From Candidatus Niyogibacteria bacterium (lineage in GTDB: Bacteria > Patescibacteriota > Minisyncoccia > HO2-45-28): 64,000 nucleotides of DNA. The notes beneath the pieces are model-generated. The model did no database searches. It was given only the letters and a program-made list of their open reading frames with translations, and had not been told where the DNA came from. Each line of letters starts with the position of its first letter. Within the stretch, counting starts at the first letter, position 1. The position numbers and the translations under genes were made by a program. Shown here piece after piece: positions 54,528-63,687 of the stretch. The stretch is taken from the NCBI GenBank assembly GCA_016181935.1, contig JACOYI010000004.1:5292-69291 (forward strand). Reading direction: 5' to 3'.

Positions 54528-55184
54528 TCAATTTCCCGCCATTTTATACCGCCGCCAGCGCTTATCGCCTTCTTTCAAAAGCAGTCCTTCGTTCGCCATT
54601 CCGACAAGATCGCGCTGGATGGTCTTGGCGCTCGCCTGGCCCTGAAAAACCGACATAAGATCCCCGATACTCACCCAATCCTGCCCCCCTATAAATGAAA
54701 GGATTTTTTCTCGCCGCTCCTGATTGGCTAACGCACCCGAATGTGAAACCCCGCTTTCTTTTCGCTTAACCGAGCCGGCCTTCGAATGACCGATCTGTAA
54801 TGGACGCGTGGAATCATCGGACAAATCAATGGATTCCGTTAGAAAGGCGTCTTTCTGGCTTATTAAAAAGTCCATTACCATTGAATATTCCCTCTTTAGG
54901 ACATTGAAGTTTATCTCGGACACAAAAGAATTGGACGCGGCAAGTTCCAATACACGCAGAGACCGACTGATACCTTCGCGAATTGACTCTATCTCTCGAA
55001 CGCGCTCCGGAAGAGAGATCGAGCGAATCTTTAGTATTGAATTGAGGGTCTCGATCGCCTCTTTCCGCAATGTCCACTTGAGCGGCTCCGTGTCCTTGAA
55101 AAAATCCGTCACCCGATACAGGGCTTCTGTTATTTTTTGAGCGCGATCCGAAAGATGATCAATATGTCCTTGAGTGTCGGCCAT
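54528..55184 (-). CDS. Helical N-terminal domain plus DeoR-type winged HTH protein
   Basis: C-terminal SAKTIQRDL...G.L.KEGDKRWRRY; start uncertain. Confidence 0.75.
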   Translation of the reverse strand: MADTQGHIDHLSDRAQKITEALYRVTDFFKDTEPLKWTLRKEAIETLNSILKIRSISLPERVREIESIREGISRSLRVLELAASNSFVSEINFNVLKREYSMVMDFLISQKDAFLTESIDLSDDSTRPLQIGHSKAGSVKRKESGVSHSGALANQERREKILSFIGGQDWVSIGDLMSVFQGQASAKTIQRDLVGMANEGLLLKEGDKRWRRYKMAGN

Positions 55185-55238
55185 TGAACTCACCGTACCG
55201 CGCTTTCCCCATTCGGACAACTTGTCCTTATCTAAAAA

Positions 55239-56972
55239 TCATTGCGTAGCGAGAGAATCCCGCTTATAAATTCGAAATACTTCTTCTCCGCGCGGATTCT
55301 GGATGCCGTTATACGGCAAGTCGCGGGCCAACGCCTGAAATTCGGACGTGGGAACGATCGCCGTGTGAAAGACAAAATAATAGTTACGAAACCCGACACG
55401 GTCATAATAATCGGGTCCCTGTTCGCGCAAATATCGAAAATAGGTTTCGAGCGTAATGACGGGCCAGCCGTGATAGATATGAAGCCGGTCGAGCACCCAG
55501 AGTTTTGCCCCTCGGTCAACATTACCGTAGATCACGATCATCGCGGGGTACGGCTGTTTTCCCGCTTCCCTATCGCGGCGCAAAAATCGTTCCTGCATAT
55601 CGTCAAGAAATTGATACCGCACATCGAACCGGAGTGCCGGCATTGTGCCCGAGAGCTCTTTTTTGAAATAATCGGCGAGCGCATTGTATCCCCAATTATA
55701 ATTTTCGTAGCGCACCTTTGACGCAAGCCATGGTGTAGGGCCTGCCGGATAATATGCAATGACATTATTGGCCGTATAAAAAAGTTCGAATGCGACGAGC
55801 ACCGCGAGTGCTGCGAACCCAAAGCGGCGGCGATTCTCAAAGAACGGCGCGAGCGTGTCCAGCCCGAGCGCAGCGATGAGCGCCAAAAATGGCGTAAGCA
55901 TCGTCAAAAAACGATATGAAGGGCCGATCTTTAAAAGCAGGAGCAAAAGCCAGAAAACGCTCAAGGCGAGAAGCGCGTGGCGCCGAAAACCAAGAACTGC
56001 TCTAAAGAAACCCCCTATGAGGACCCTTAAGCGCACCGCGAAACCCGCGAGCGACGCGACAACGAGCGTCAGAAAAACCCACGAATTCGTGGCAATGAGC
56101 CGCGGAATAAAATTCGCCACGCGCTCCGTAACGGTACCGATATCTTTTCCGGGGGTCGCCTGCCACACCTCCGGATGCTGACCAAAAACAAACGAGAGCT
56201 GAAAATCAAAATGCCCGACAGCGCGATAAAGCATTGCATTGTAAATAATAACGGGGCTTGCCATGGCAACGGCAAGCAATACGCCGAACCATATCTCTTT
56301 CCTGCGAAAACAATCGCGCCGGAAAAATCCCGCATAAGTAAGAATGATCGGCGCGAGGATCGCGGCGTTATATTTGGCAAGGAATCCGAGCCCGACCGCC
56401 GCCCCCACTCCGGGCCAATACCGGTCGTCATCGAGCGCCCGTCCGAAAAAATAAAGCCCTAGAAGCAAGAAAAAAATCACATACGCCTCCTGCATCCCAA
56501 GGCGCGAAATGTAATTGTGATTAAGCGTTATCGCCAAGAGCAGGGCCGCAATGAGTCCCGCGCGCTCTGAATACAACCGGCGGCCCAAAAGATATAAAAG
56601 ATAAACGGATGCGACGCCGAATACTGCGGACGGAAACCGCATCCCAAAATTATTTTCTCCAAAAATGCCGATGGAGAGATGCTCGATCCAAAAAACAAGC
56701 GGCGGATGGTCGTGGAACGACCAGTGCGCCCACCATGGGATATCGGCTTGCCCGCCTAAATTTTCCGCAGCGGAATTTTGGCGGGAATCGAACCATTCCC
56801 AAGGCGTGGTCTGATGCTCCGCCTCGTCAAAATCCATAAGGCCGATGGCGCGAAACCCGTAAAAAACCTCGTCATTGACCGGATCCCCGCGCGCAATCCA
56901 GCCGACGCGCAACACGGCCGCGAGCACGAGGATCGCGATCAATGCATACCGGAATGTCGGTTTTTTCCCCAT
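55239..56972 (-). CDS. GT-C (ArnT/PMT family 39-like) glycosyltransferase
   Basis: DE in the first loop, DHPPL, RFPSA, many TM segments. Confidence 0.85.
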   Translation of the reverse strand: MGKKPTFRYALIAILVLAAVLRVGWIARGDPVNDEVFYGFRAIGLMDFDEAEHQTTPWEWFDSRQNSAAENLGGQADIPWWAHWSFHDHPPLVFWIEHLSIGIFGENNFGMRFPSAVFGVASVYLLYLLGRRLYSERAGLIAALLLAITLNHNYISRLGMQEAYVIFFLLLGLYFFGRALDDDRYWPGVGAAVGLGFLAKYNAAILAPIILTYAGFFRRDCFRRKEIWFGVLLAVAMASPVIIYNAMLYRAVGHFDFQLSFVFGQHPEVWQATPGKDIGTVTERVANFIPRLIATNSWVFLTLVVASLAGFAVRLRVLIGGFFRAVLGFRRHALLALSVFWLLLLLLKIGPSYRFLTMLTPFLALIAALGLDTLAPFFENRRRFGFAALAVLVAFELFYTANNVIAYYPAGPTPWLASKVRYENYNWGYNALADYFKKELSGTMPALRFDVRYQFLDDMQERFLRRDREAGKQPYPAMIVIYGNVDRGAKLWVLDRLHIYHGWPVITLETYFRYLREQGPDYYDRVGFRNYYFVFHTAIVPTSEFQALARDLPYNGIQNPRGEEVFRIYKRDSLATQ

Positions 56973-56991
56973 TTACTATTACTATAAACGC

Positions 56992-58446
56992 ATGTCGGCA
57001 CCATCGTCTAAAATATTGCTTGGCGTTTTTATTGCCGCATACATCCTTGTTTTCGGAACGCTCACCCTCCTCCGCCACGCCGATTTTCAAACGCAGGCAT
57101 GGGATATGGGTATTTTCCAGCAAACATTCTGGAATACCATCCATGGCCGCGTGATGCAAAACACCATCGAGGAAATTCCGAATCACCTCGGCATTCACAT
57201 GAGCCCGCTCTTGTTCCTTCTCGTACCGGGCTTTGCCTTGTTCCCGAGTCCTTACTATTTATTGGTGATACAAACCCTGGCCTTGGCGCTGGGCGCGATC
57301 CCCGCTTACCTGCTTGCGCTGCACATTCTCAAAAACCGGCGCCTCGCGCTGTTTTTTGCGGGCGCGTATCTTCTGTACCCGCCGCTTCATTGGGTCAACT
57401 GGTTCGATTTCCACGAGATCGCTTTTTTCGTGCCGCTCGCGCTCGGCGGGCTGTATTTTCTGGAACAGCGACGCTGGGGCTGGGCATGGATTTTTCTCAT
57501 TCTTGCGGCAAGCACAAAAGAAGACGCAATCCTCGCGGTCGCGGCGATCGGTTTTTGGCTTTTTGTTAAAAAATACCCTTTATCAACAGTTTATCCACCT
57601 AAAGGACTAACCTTTGGGTTTTTGACCAAAGAACGCATCCATGGGGCGCTTCTTTTGACTGTCATGCTCGGCTATTTTATCATCGCCACCAAACTTATCA
57701 TGCCGGCGCTCGGCGGCGGACTTGTGCGATTAGATCGCTATGCCGAGCTGGGAGAAACCTCGCTCGCAATCGTCAAAAATCTTCTTCTTCATCCATCGCT
57801 TCTCATTCAAACCGTTATTACGGTTGAAAAAATCAATTATGTTTTCTGGCTCCTTGCCTCTTTCGCGTTCCTGCCTCTTGCCGCCGGACGCGCGCTGATT
57901 CTTGCGGCACCCGGCTTTCTTGAAAATTTGCTGACGGCATTTAAATTCCAATTTTCATCTTTTTATCAATATGACGCCATCCTCATTCCGGCGCTTCTTG
58001 TCGCGTCGCTCTACGGCTTCGACCGCCTTCGTGTCCGGTGGCCGAAACAAGAAAAAGTATTCGCGAGTATTTTTTTGATCATAGTGGGTGGCGCATTCGT
58101 TCTTCGCTCACCCATCGGCCCTCTTTCGTTTCCCACGGAATTTTTCCGCGCCAACCCCCATCGGGACGCCTATCGCGCAATGATCCGTGAGGTTCCCAAC
58201 GAAGCAAGCGTTGCCGCATACACGAATCTCATTCCCCATCTTTCAAATCGCGAACACGTCTACATGCTTGGCCAGGAACCGTTTACGGCAGACGTCATAC
58301 TCCTCGACGGGGGTGATTATTTCGGCTTTCCGGATCCCAAAGCCTTCCAAATATATGCGGATTCATACGCTCTATCGGAACTTTATGACATTCGCATCAT
58401 TGATGAACGGTATTTCATCTTCACCCGTAAAAATTTTTCGCAATAA
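56992..58446 (+). CDS. DUF2079-like membrane protein (probable GT-C fold)
   Basis: WDMGIF, HMSP, FDFHE, KED motifs; start placed at ATG 56992. Confidence 0.8.
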   Translation: MSAPSSKILLGVFIAAYILVFGTLTLLRHADFQTQAWDMGIFQQTFWNTIHGRVMQNTIEEIPNHLGIHMSPLLFLLVPGFALFPSPYYLLVIQTLALALGAIPAYLLALHILKNRRLALFFAGAYLLYPPLHWVNWFDFHEIAFFVPLALGGLYFLEQRRWGWAWIFLILAASTKEDAILAVAAIGFWLFVKKYPLSTVYPPKGLTFGFLTKERIHGALLLTVMLGYFIIATKLIMPALGGGLVRLDRYAELGETSLAIVKNLLLHPSLLIQTVITVEKINYVFWLLASFAFLPLAAGRALILAAPGFLENLLTAFKFQFSSFYQYDAILIPALLVASLYGFDRLRVRWPKQEKVFASIFLIIVGGAFVLRSPIGPLSFPTEFFRANPHRDAYRAMIREVPNEASVAAYTNLIPHLSNREHVYMLGQEPFTADVILLDGGDYFGFPDPKAFQIYADSYALSELYDIRIIDERYFIFTRKNFSQ

Positions 58447-58449
58447 AAA

Positions 58450-58557
58450 CCCAAAGGGTAGTCCTTTGTGTTAACAATCTGTGGATAACTAAAGCAAAAA
58501 GGCAACTTATGCACAGGTTATCCACCCAAAGGACTACCCTTTGGGTGTTTATCCACG
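58450..58557. repeat. REP plus DnaA-box composite between convergent genes
   Basis: Two inverted REPs enclosing TGTGGATAA, TTATGCACA and TTATCCACC. Confidence 0.85.
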
Positions 58558-59265
58558 AAGACGTAGCAGAAGCACCTTCCGAAAACTTTCGATGATGATG
58601 CCGAGATTCATTTTGGAAACACCGTGCTTGCGTTCCGTGAACACGATGGGAATCTCCGTGATGCGGAGCCCCTTACGGTGCACTTTGTATACCGTCTCGA
58701 TCTGAAAATTGTACCCCATGGAACTCACCTCCCCCCAATCGATCGCCTCGAGCGCCGCTCTCCGGTAACATTTGAATCCGGCGGTCAGGTCGCGGTACGG
58801 AACGCCGAGAACCGCCCTCGCATATACATTCGCAAAAAAAGAAAGCGCCCTGCGCGCGCGGTCCCAGTTCCGTATGCCGCCGCCCGCAATATAGCGCGAA
58901 CCGATCACCACATCGGCATCCTGTACCGCCTCGAGAAGGCGCGGAATGACCGTGGGATCATGCGACCAGTCGGCGTCCATCTGGATGACATGGTCGGGAA
59001 CGCCCCAATCACAGATTTGTCCCGCGAGGATGGCGCGGAACGCCTCGGCATATGCCGTACCCAGCCCACGTTTTGCGGGGCGTCCGATCAAATGGACCGG
59101 ATATAATGCCGCAAGTTCCCGCACCGCATCCGCTGTGCCGTCCGGCGATGCATCATCCACGACGATCATTTTCAGGTCCGGAACCCCTAATGCAAAAATG
59201 GCACGACCCAGCGCCCCGATATTATCCCGCTCGTTATAGGTGGGAATGACGATGAAAACAGACAT
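58549..59265 (-). CDS. Polyprenol monophosphomannose synthase (GT2)
   Basis: IPTYNE, VDDASPDGT, QMDAD.SH, GSRY. Confidence 0.9.
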   Translation of the reverse strand: MSVFIVIPTYNERDNIGALGRAIFALGVPDLKMIVVDDASPDGTADAVRELAALYPVHLIGRPAKRGLGTAYAEAFRAILAGQICDWGVPDHVIQMDADWSHDPTVIPRLLEAVQDADVVIGSRYIAGGGIRNWDRARRALSFFANVYARAVLGVPYRDLTAGFKCYRRAALEAIDWGEVSSMGYNFQIETVYKVHRKGLRITEIPIVFTERKHGVSKMNLGIIIESFRKVLLLRLRG

Positions 59266-59825
59266 TATTCGTGTTTTGACAACCGCCGTTTTTGCCAAAC
59301 ATCATATCCTTTATTCGCCGCTATCCCGATGAAAACACCGAGAAGCGCCCCGCCCGCGATGTCGCTCGGCCAGTGGACGCCCGCAAAAATGCGCGCGACC
59401 CCCATGATGATCGAGGCCGCAAAAAACCAGATGCCGAGCTTCCGATGAAAATGAAAAAGGACCGTGGAAAGCGCGAAGAAAAAAATCGCGTGTCCCGACG
59501 GGAACGAATTCCAATACTCCTCTAAGGACTTTGCGATCAGCACGGAACTGTCCGGAAACAAAACGAACGGCCGTGCGCGCTCCGTGAAAAAAACGATCGC
59601 GGGCTTGACGACGAATCGTGCGACAACAGCGGCGCCAAGCCCCCACGCGACCATCGTCCGATTGCGCGCCCGTTCGGATAACGGCCGCCACAAAAATACG
59701 AGCACCAACAAAACAAGAATATATTGGCTGTACGCGGCCACAAAAATACCCGCGGCATCCATGAGGCGCGATGTGCCGGCAAAATTATTCAGGAAATGGA
59801 ACAAAGCCGCATCCAGCGCCCGCAT
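59265..59825 (-). CDS. PAP2 family undecaprenyl-diphosphatase
   Basis: K..RARP, SFPSGH, ARIFAGVHWPSD. Confidence 0.9.
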   Translation of the reverse strand: MRALDAALFHFLNNFAGTSRLMDAAGIFVAAYSQYILVLLVLVFLWRPLSERARNRTMVAWGLGAAVVARFVVKPAIVFFTERARPFVLFPDSSVLIAKSLEEYWNSFPSGHAIFFFALSTVLFHFHRKLGIWFFAASIIMGVARIFAGVHWPSDIAGGALLGVFIGIAANKGYDVWQKRRLSKHE

Positions 59826-59930
59826 AATTCTCTTACTCTAAAGCCAAAACCCGCCGCGCTCAAGTGCGGCGGGTTTTCACATAGAACCATTGGGTGAAGG
59901 CAACCCTAGTCGCCGTTCATCCCCTTGTCC

Positions 59931-60194
59931 TTATCGTTTCGAGAAGTAGTTGTAGAACCAGCCCCACGCGTACCCGATCAGCCATCCGAATACGGCGAGT
60001 GCGACCAGCATCCCCACAAAATCCCCGAACGCGATGGACTTGGGAACCATTTTTGCGATATCGGCCCCAAAAAACTGCGCGTTGAACAGGAATTTGAACG
60101 CCTCCGGCATCGCCGTCCACAGCACATAAAATACGATGTAGACAGCGGCGGTGATGGCGGCCAACGAATTGGCAAGTGCGATTTTATTGAACAT
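59931..60194 (-). CDS. Small two-TM protein (DUF5676-like)
   Basis: Two TM segments, C-terminal FYNYF. Confidence 0.65.
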   Translation of the reverse strand: MFNKIALANSLAAITAAVYIVFYVLWTAMPEAFKFLFNAQFFGADIAKMVPKSIAFGDFVGMLVALAVFGWLIGYAWGWFYNYFSKR

Positions 60195-60318
60195 AGACCG
60201 CGGTATTTCTATTTCTAATAAATTCTAATAAAAGAGACCTTTTTTTAATTCTTTTTCAGTATACCACATCAACCGGCCGCCGCCACCCGATGGTGGGGAT
60301 AAATAGCGGATCGAAGTG

Positions 60319-60389
60319 CTGCGGGGCTTGGATTCGAACCAAAATACCATGCTTCAGAGGCATGTGTCCTACCGTTAGACGACCCCGCA
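60319..60389 (-). tRNA. tRNA-Gln(CTG)
   Basis: TGCGGGG acceptor, anticodon loop CTCTGAA, TTCGAAT T-loop. Confidence 0.93.
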
Positions 60390-60710
60390 ATATGTTCTTA
60401 TTCTATGGCAATTGGCACACACCAAATCGCATTTATCAATTTCTGCCAAAATCTTATCTTTGGAATAACTATGCACATTGATCATCTGATTAATACCCGC
60501 CATCTTTGTTTTTCTGTCTCTATGATCAAAATCCATTACATAGGATGGATATTGCATTCCGCAATCCGTACAGGGTTTTTGCTTTAAAGCATTCACAAAC
60601 TTAATCAAATTCTCTCTTCTTTTGATGTTTTTCTGCCTATAAAGCTGCCTATTTCTCAAATAGTATCTTTTGTGGCATTCCCTTCTTTTGACAATATCCT
60701 TATATGGCAC
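60375..60710 (-). CDS. HNH-type endonuclease
   Basis: CTDC...FDHRD...CANCH; AT-rich; GTG start; stop codon inside the tRNA D-loop. Confidence 0.85.
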   Translation of the reverse strand: MPYKDIVKRRECHKRYYLRNRQLYRQKNIKRRENLIKFVNALKQKPCTDCGMQYPSYVMDFDHRDRKTKMAGINQMINVHSYSKDKILAEIDKCDLVCANCHRIRTYCGVV

Positions 60711-60746
60711 TATTTAACTTTATAGCATATGAACCATGTTATCAAA

Positions 60747-60783
60747 TTCAGAGTCCGCTATCCTACCGTTAGATGACCCGGCA
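60747..60783 (-). pseudogene. 5' half of a second tRNA-Gln(CTG)
   Basis: TGCCGGGTCATCTAACGGTAGGATAGCGGACTCTGAA, ending at the anticodon loop. Confidence 0.85.
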
Positions 60784-60794
60784 ATGATAAACCC

Positions 60795-61709
60795 TTATAC
60801 CTTAAGATACCGCCGGATGGCAATGACGGACGAGAGTGTTCCCAACAGAATGCCGCAAGAAAGCAAAATGAGAAAGATCTGGAAAAAATGCGCGAGATAA
60901 TAATGAAAGAGATTCAATCCCCCGAAAAATTTTGCCGCCTGCGGCCCGAACCAGAATGTCAGCGGATAAAAAAGGACCGTGGTGATGAATGCCGCAAAGA
61001 TCCCATAAAGCGCCCCGCTCACCACAAAAGGTCCGCGCACATAGGCGGATGACGCGCCAACGACTTTCATGACCGAGATCTCGTCCCGGGCGACATAGAT
61101 CGCGAGCCGAATGGTGTTCAGCACCACAAGAACCGCGATCGCGGCAAGCGCTATCGTGATCCCGAGGCCGACCGCGCGCCCGGCCGAAAGCACTTTCGAC
61201 AGCCGTTCGATCACCACCTGATTTTGAAAATAATTGACCTTATCAATGATCGCCTGATAGACGCTCGATTCCAGAAATCGCGCGATCACTTCGTATTGTT
61301 CCGGACTTTCGGCGCGGATATTCAAACTTGCCTGCAACGGGTTATCCGCAAGCTCATCGAGCGATTGGGTGATCAGCGCATTGCCCGCATGGCGCGCCCG
61401 GAATTTGGCAAGCGCGTCATCGCGCGAAACATACGCAATAGACCTCACTTGAGGCAATTGGGCGATCGCGGCGTTCGCGGCAAGAATATCCTGTTCCGCC
61501 GCATCCGTCCGAAAATAGACGCTGATATCCACCTGCCCCTCGATCTGGGAAAGCGCCGAGGTCAGCAAAACATTCGAGAACAGGAGCGAGCCGATGACAA
61601 AAACCGCGAGCGTCATGACAAGCGTCGCGGTCAGCGACACCCAGCCGTTCCGCCAAAAACTCATGAACCCGCCTCTGATGATCCGCTGGATAGTGACTCC
61701 GGTTGCCAT
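60795..61709 (-). CDS. ftsX: Cell division permease FtsX
   Basis: NTIRLAI..RDEI..MK.VGA....RGPF; 4 TM. Confidence 0.93.
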   Translation of the reverse strand: MATGVTIQRIIRGGFMSFWRNGWVSLTATLVMTLAVFVIGSLLFSNVLLTSALSQIEGQVDISVYFRTDAAEQDILAANAAIAQLPQVRSIAYVSRDDALAKFRARHAGNALITQSLDELADNPLQASLNIRAESPEQYEVIARFLESSVYQAIIDKVNYFQNQVVIERLSKVLSAGRAVGLGITIALAAIAVLVVLNTIRLAIYVARDEISVMKVVGASSAYVRGPFVVSGALYGIFAAFITTVLFYPLTFWFGPQAAKFFGGLNLFHYYLAHFFQIFLILLSCGILLGTLSSVIAIRRYLKV

Positions 61710-61713
61710 AGCC

Positions 61714-62397
61714 CTATTTAATCATATACCGCCCTTTTTTGTCGTCGCGCACGACCTTCCCCGACTCGATGGTGACCACCCGCTTCTCAAGGGCGTTGAC
61801 AATATCATGATTGTGCGTCGCCAAAATCACGGTCGTTCCCAGCTCATTGATGCTTTTCAGGAGTCCCATGATCTCGCGCATGGAAATCGGATCGAGATTT
61901 CCGGTCGGTTCGTCCGCCAATACGACATCCGGCCGGTTGACAATGGCTCTGGCGATCGCGACCCGCTGTTTTTCGCCGCCCGACAATTCATTCGGAAAAT
62001 GCCACGCCTTGTCCGCGAGTCCCACAAGTTCGAGCGCTTGCGGAACATCCACCGCGATATCGGCATCGGCGGCCCCCGCCGCCTCCATGGCAAACGCGAT
62101 ATTCTCAAATGCGGTCTTCGACGGCAACAGACGGAAATCCTGAAACACGCACCCGATCCGGCGCCGGATCTGGATTACTTCATTCGGCGTCGCGTTATGG
62201 ACATTGAACGATTCAAAATACACTTCTCCGGAGGAGGGTTTTTCTTCCGCAAGCAGTAATTTTAAAAGCGTGGTTTTGCCTGCGCCCGACCTCCCCACGA
62301 TCGAAACGAATTCCTTGGGTTCGATCGCCAAACTCACCCCGTCGAGCGCGATCGAGGTTGCCGAATAGGTTTTAGATACTTTGTCGAAATAGATCAT
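61714..62397 (-). CDS. ftsE: Cell division ATP-binding protein FtsE
   Basis: GRSGAGKT, VFQDFRLL, LSGGE, DEPTGNLD; start at ATG 62397. Confidence 0.95.
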   Translation of the reverse strand: MIYFDKVSKTYSATSIALDGVSLAIEPKEFVSIVGRSGAGKTTLLKLLLAEEKPSSGEVYFESFNVHNATPNEVIQIRRRIGCVFQDFRLLPSKTAFENIAFAMEAAGAADADIAVDVPQALELVGLADKAWHFPNELSGGEKQRVAIARAIVNRPDVVLADEPTGNLDPISMREIMGLLKSINELGTTVILATHNHDIVNALEKRVVTIESGKVVRDDKKGRYMIK

Positions 62398-62413
62398 GCC
62401 AATTTGGACGGGA

Positions 62414-63494
62414 TTATTTAAGTTCAAGCTCCGCGTCAATAAATGAATCCAATTTCCCGTCGAGCACCGCCTCCACATCGCTCGTTTCAACTCCTGTCCG
62501 GTGATCTTTTACCATTTTATAGGGATGAAAAACGTACGAACGGATCTGATGTCCCCATTCGGCGGTTCCCGAACCGCCCTCCACCGTGAACGCGACGCCT
62601 TCTTTTTCCCGCTGTAGGCGCTCCCGCTTGTAGAGTCTGGCACGCAAGAGCTCCATGGCTTTTTCGCGGTTTTGCGATTGCGACCGCTCCGAATCCACAT
62701 GCACCTGAATGTTCGTCGGTTTATGGACGATGCGGACCGCGGTTTCGCGTTTATTCACATTCTGCCCGCCCGGACCCGATGAGCGCGCAAAGCTCACTTC
62801 GATATCGTCCGGACGGATATCCATTTCCTCGGCGTTCACACGCGCGGGCACGACCTCCACCAACGCGAATGACGTGTGCCGGAGTTTTTTGGCCGAAAAC
62901 GGCGAGATGCGCACTAGACGATGCACGCCCGCCTCGCCTTTCAGATATCCGTAGGCATAGGGCCCGTTCACTTCAAAGGTCACGTTTTTCGTCCCGCCGG
63001 TCTCATTCTGATGATGATGCAGAAGTTTTGCCGAGAAATGCATTTTTTCGGCCGCGCGGCGATACATATCGAGAAGGATGCGCGTCCAATCCTCGGCGTC
63101 ATCCCCGCCCGCACCTGCATAGATCGAGATCACCGCTGATTCCTTGTCGTATTTTCCCGACAGAAATGCCTTCTTTTTTTCGCGCTCGAATGTCCGTTCG
63201 AGCTCGGCAATATCCGCCTCAAGCAGAGCGGGATCCGGCTCTTTTTCGATGAGTTCCCGCAAGGATTCAACGTCGTCCCGTAATTTCTTCCATATCTCCT
63301 CCCCCTTTTTCAGATCGCCGAGGCGAGCCATGACACCTTCGGCTCGCTTCCGGTCATCCCAGAAATCCGGACGTGCGGTTTCTTTTTCGAGCGCCTCGAT
63401 CTCCCCGCGCTTTTTCGCGAGGTCAAAGACGGTCCGCCATGCGGCGGACGTTATCGTATAAAACACCGACCCGGTCTTTGAACATATCGGCCAT
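62414..63494 (-). CDS. prfB: Peptide chain release factor 2 with programmed +1 frameshift
   Basis: SPF and GGQ motifs; ORF1 [23 protein letters not shown] ends in CTT TGA C at 63428-63422. Confidence 0.95.
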
Positions 63495-63549
63495 AGCGAT
63501 ATTTTATCACAAACCGGCCGGCAAACCAAGGGGAAAAAATCAATATCGG

Positions 63550-63622
63550 AGCCGACCCGGGGAGTTGAACCCCGAACCTACGGTTTACGATACCGTTGCT
63601 CTACCAATTGAGCTAGGTCGGC
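63550..63622 (-). tRNA. tRNA-Thr(CGT)
   Basis: Cloverleaf, anticodon loop ATCGTAA. Confidence 0.9.
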
Positions 63623-63687
63623 CTAATGACAACCAGTATAGACGAAACGGTTGAAAAATAAAGACGCTCGGTGGTATCATGAAATCA

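Noticed and set aside
60295-60312. 3' half of the disrupted tRNA-Gln (TCCGC on minus)
   Set aside because: The 5-nt match to the anticodon stem is not followed by a T arm or acceptor strand, so it is probably chance; a spliced tRNA intron is unsupported
63495-63529. In-frame upstream start for prfB
   Set aside because: The CTT TGA C frameshift with ORF1 from 63494 explains the gene better
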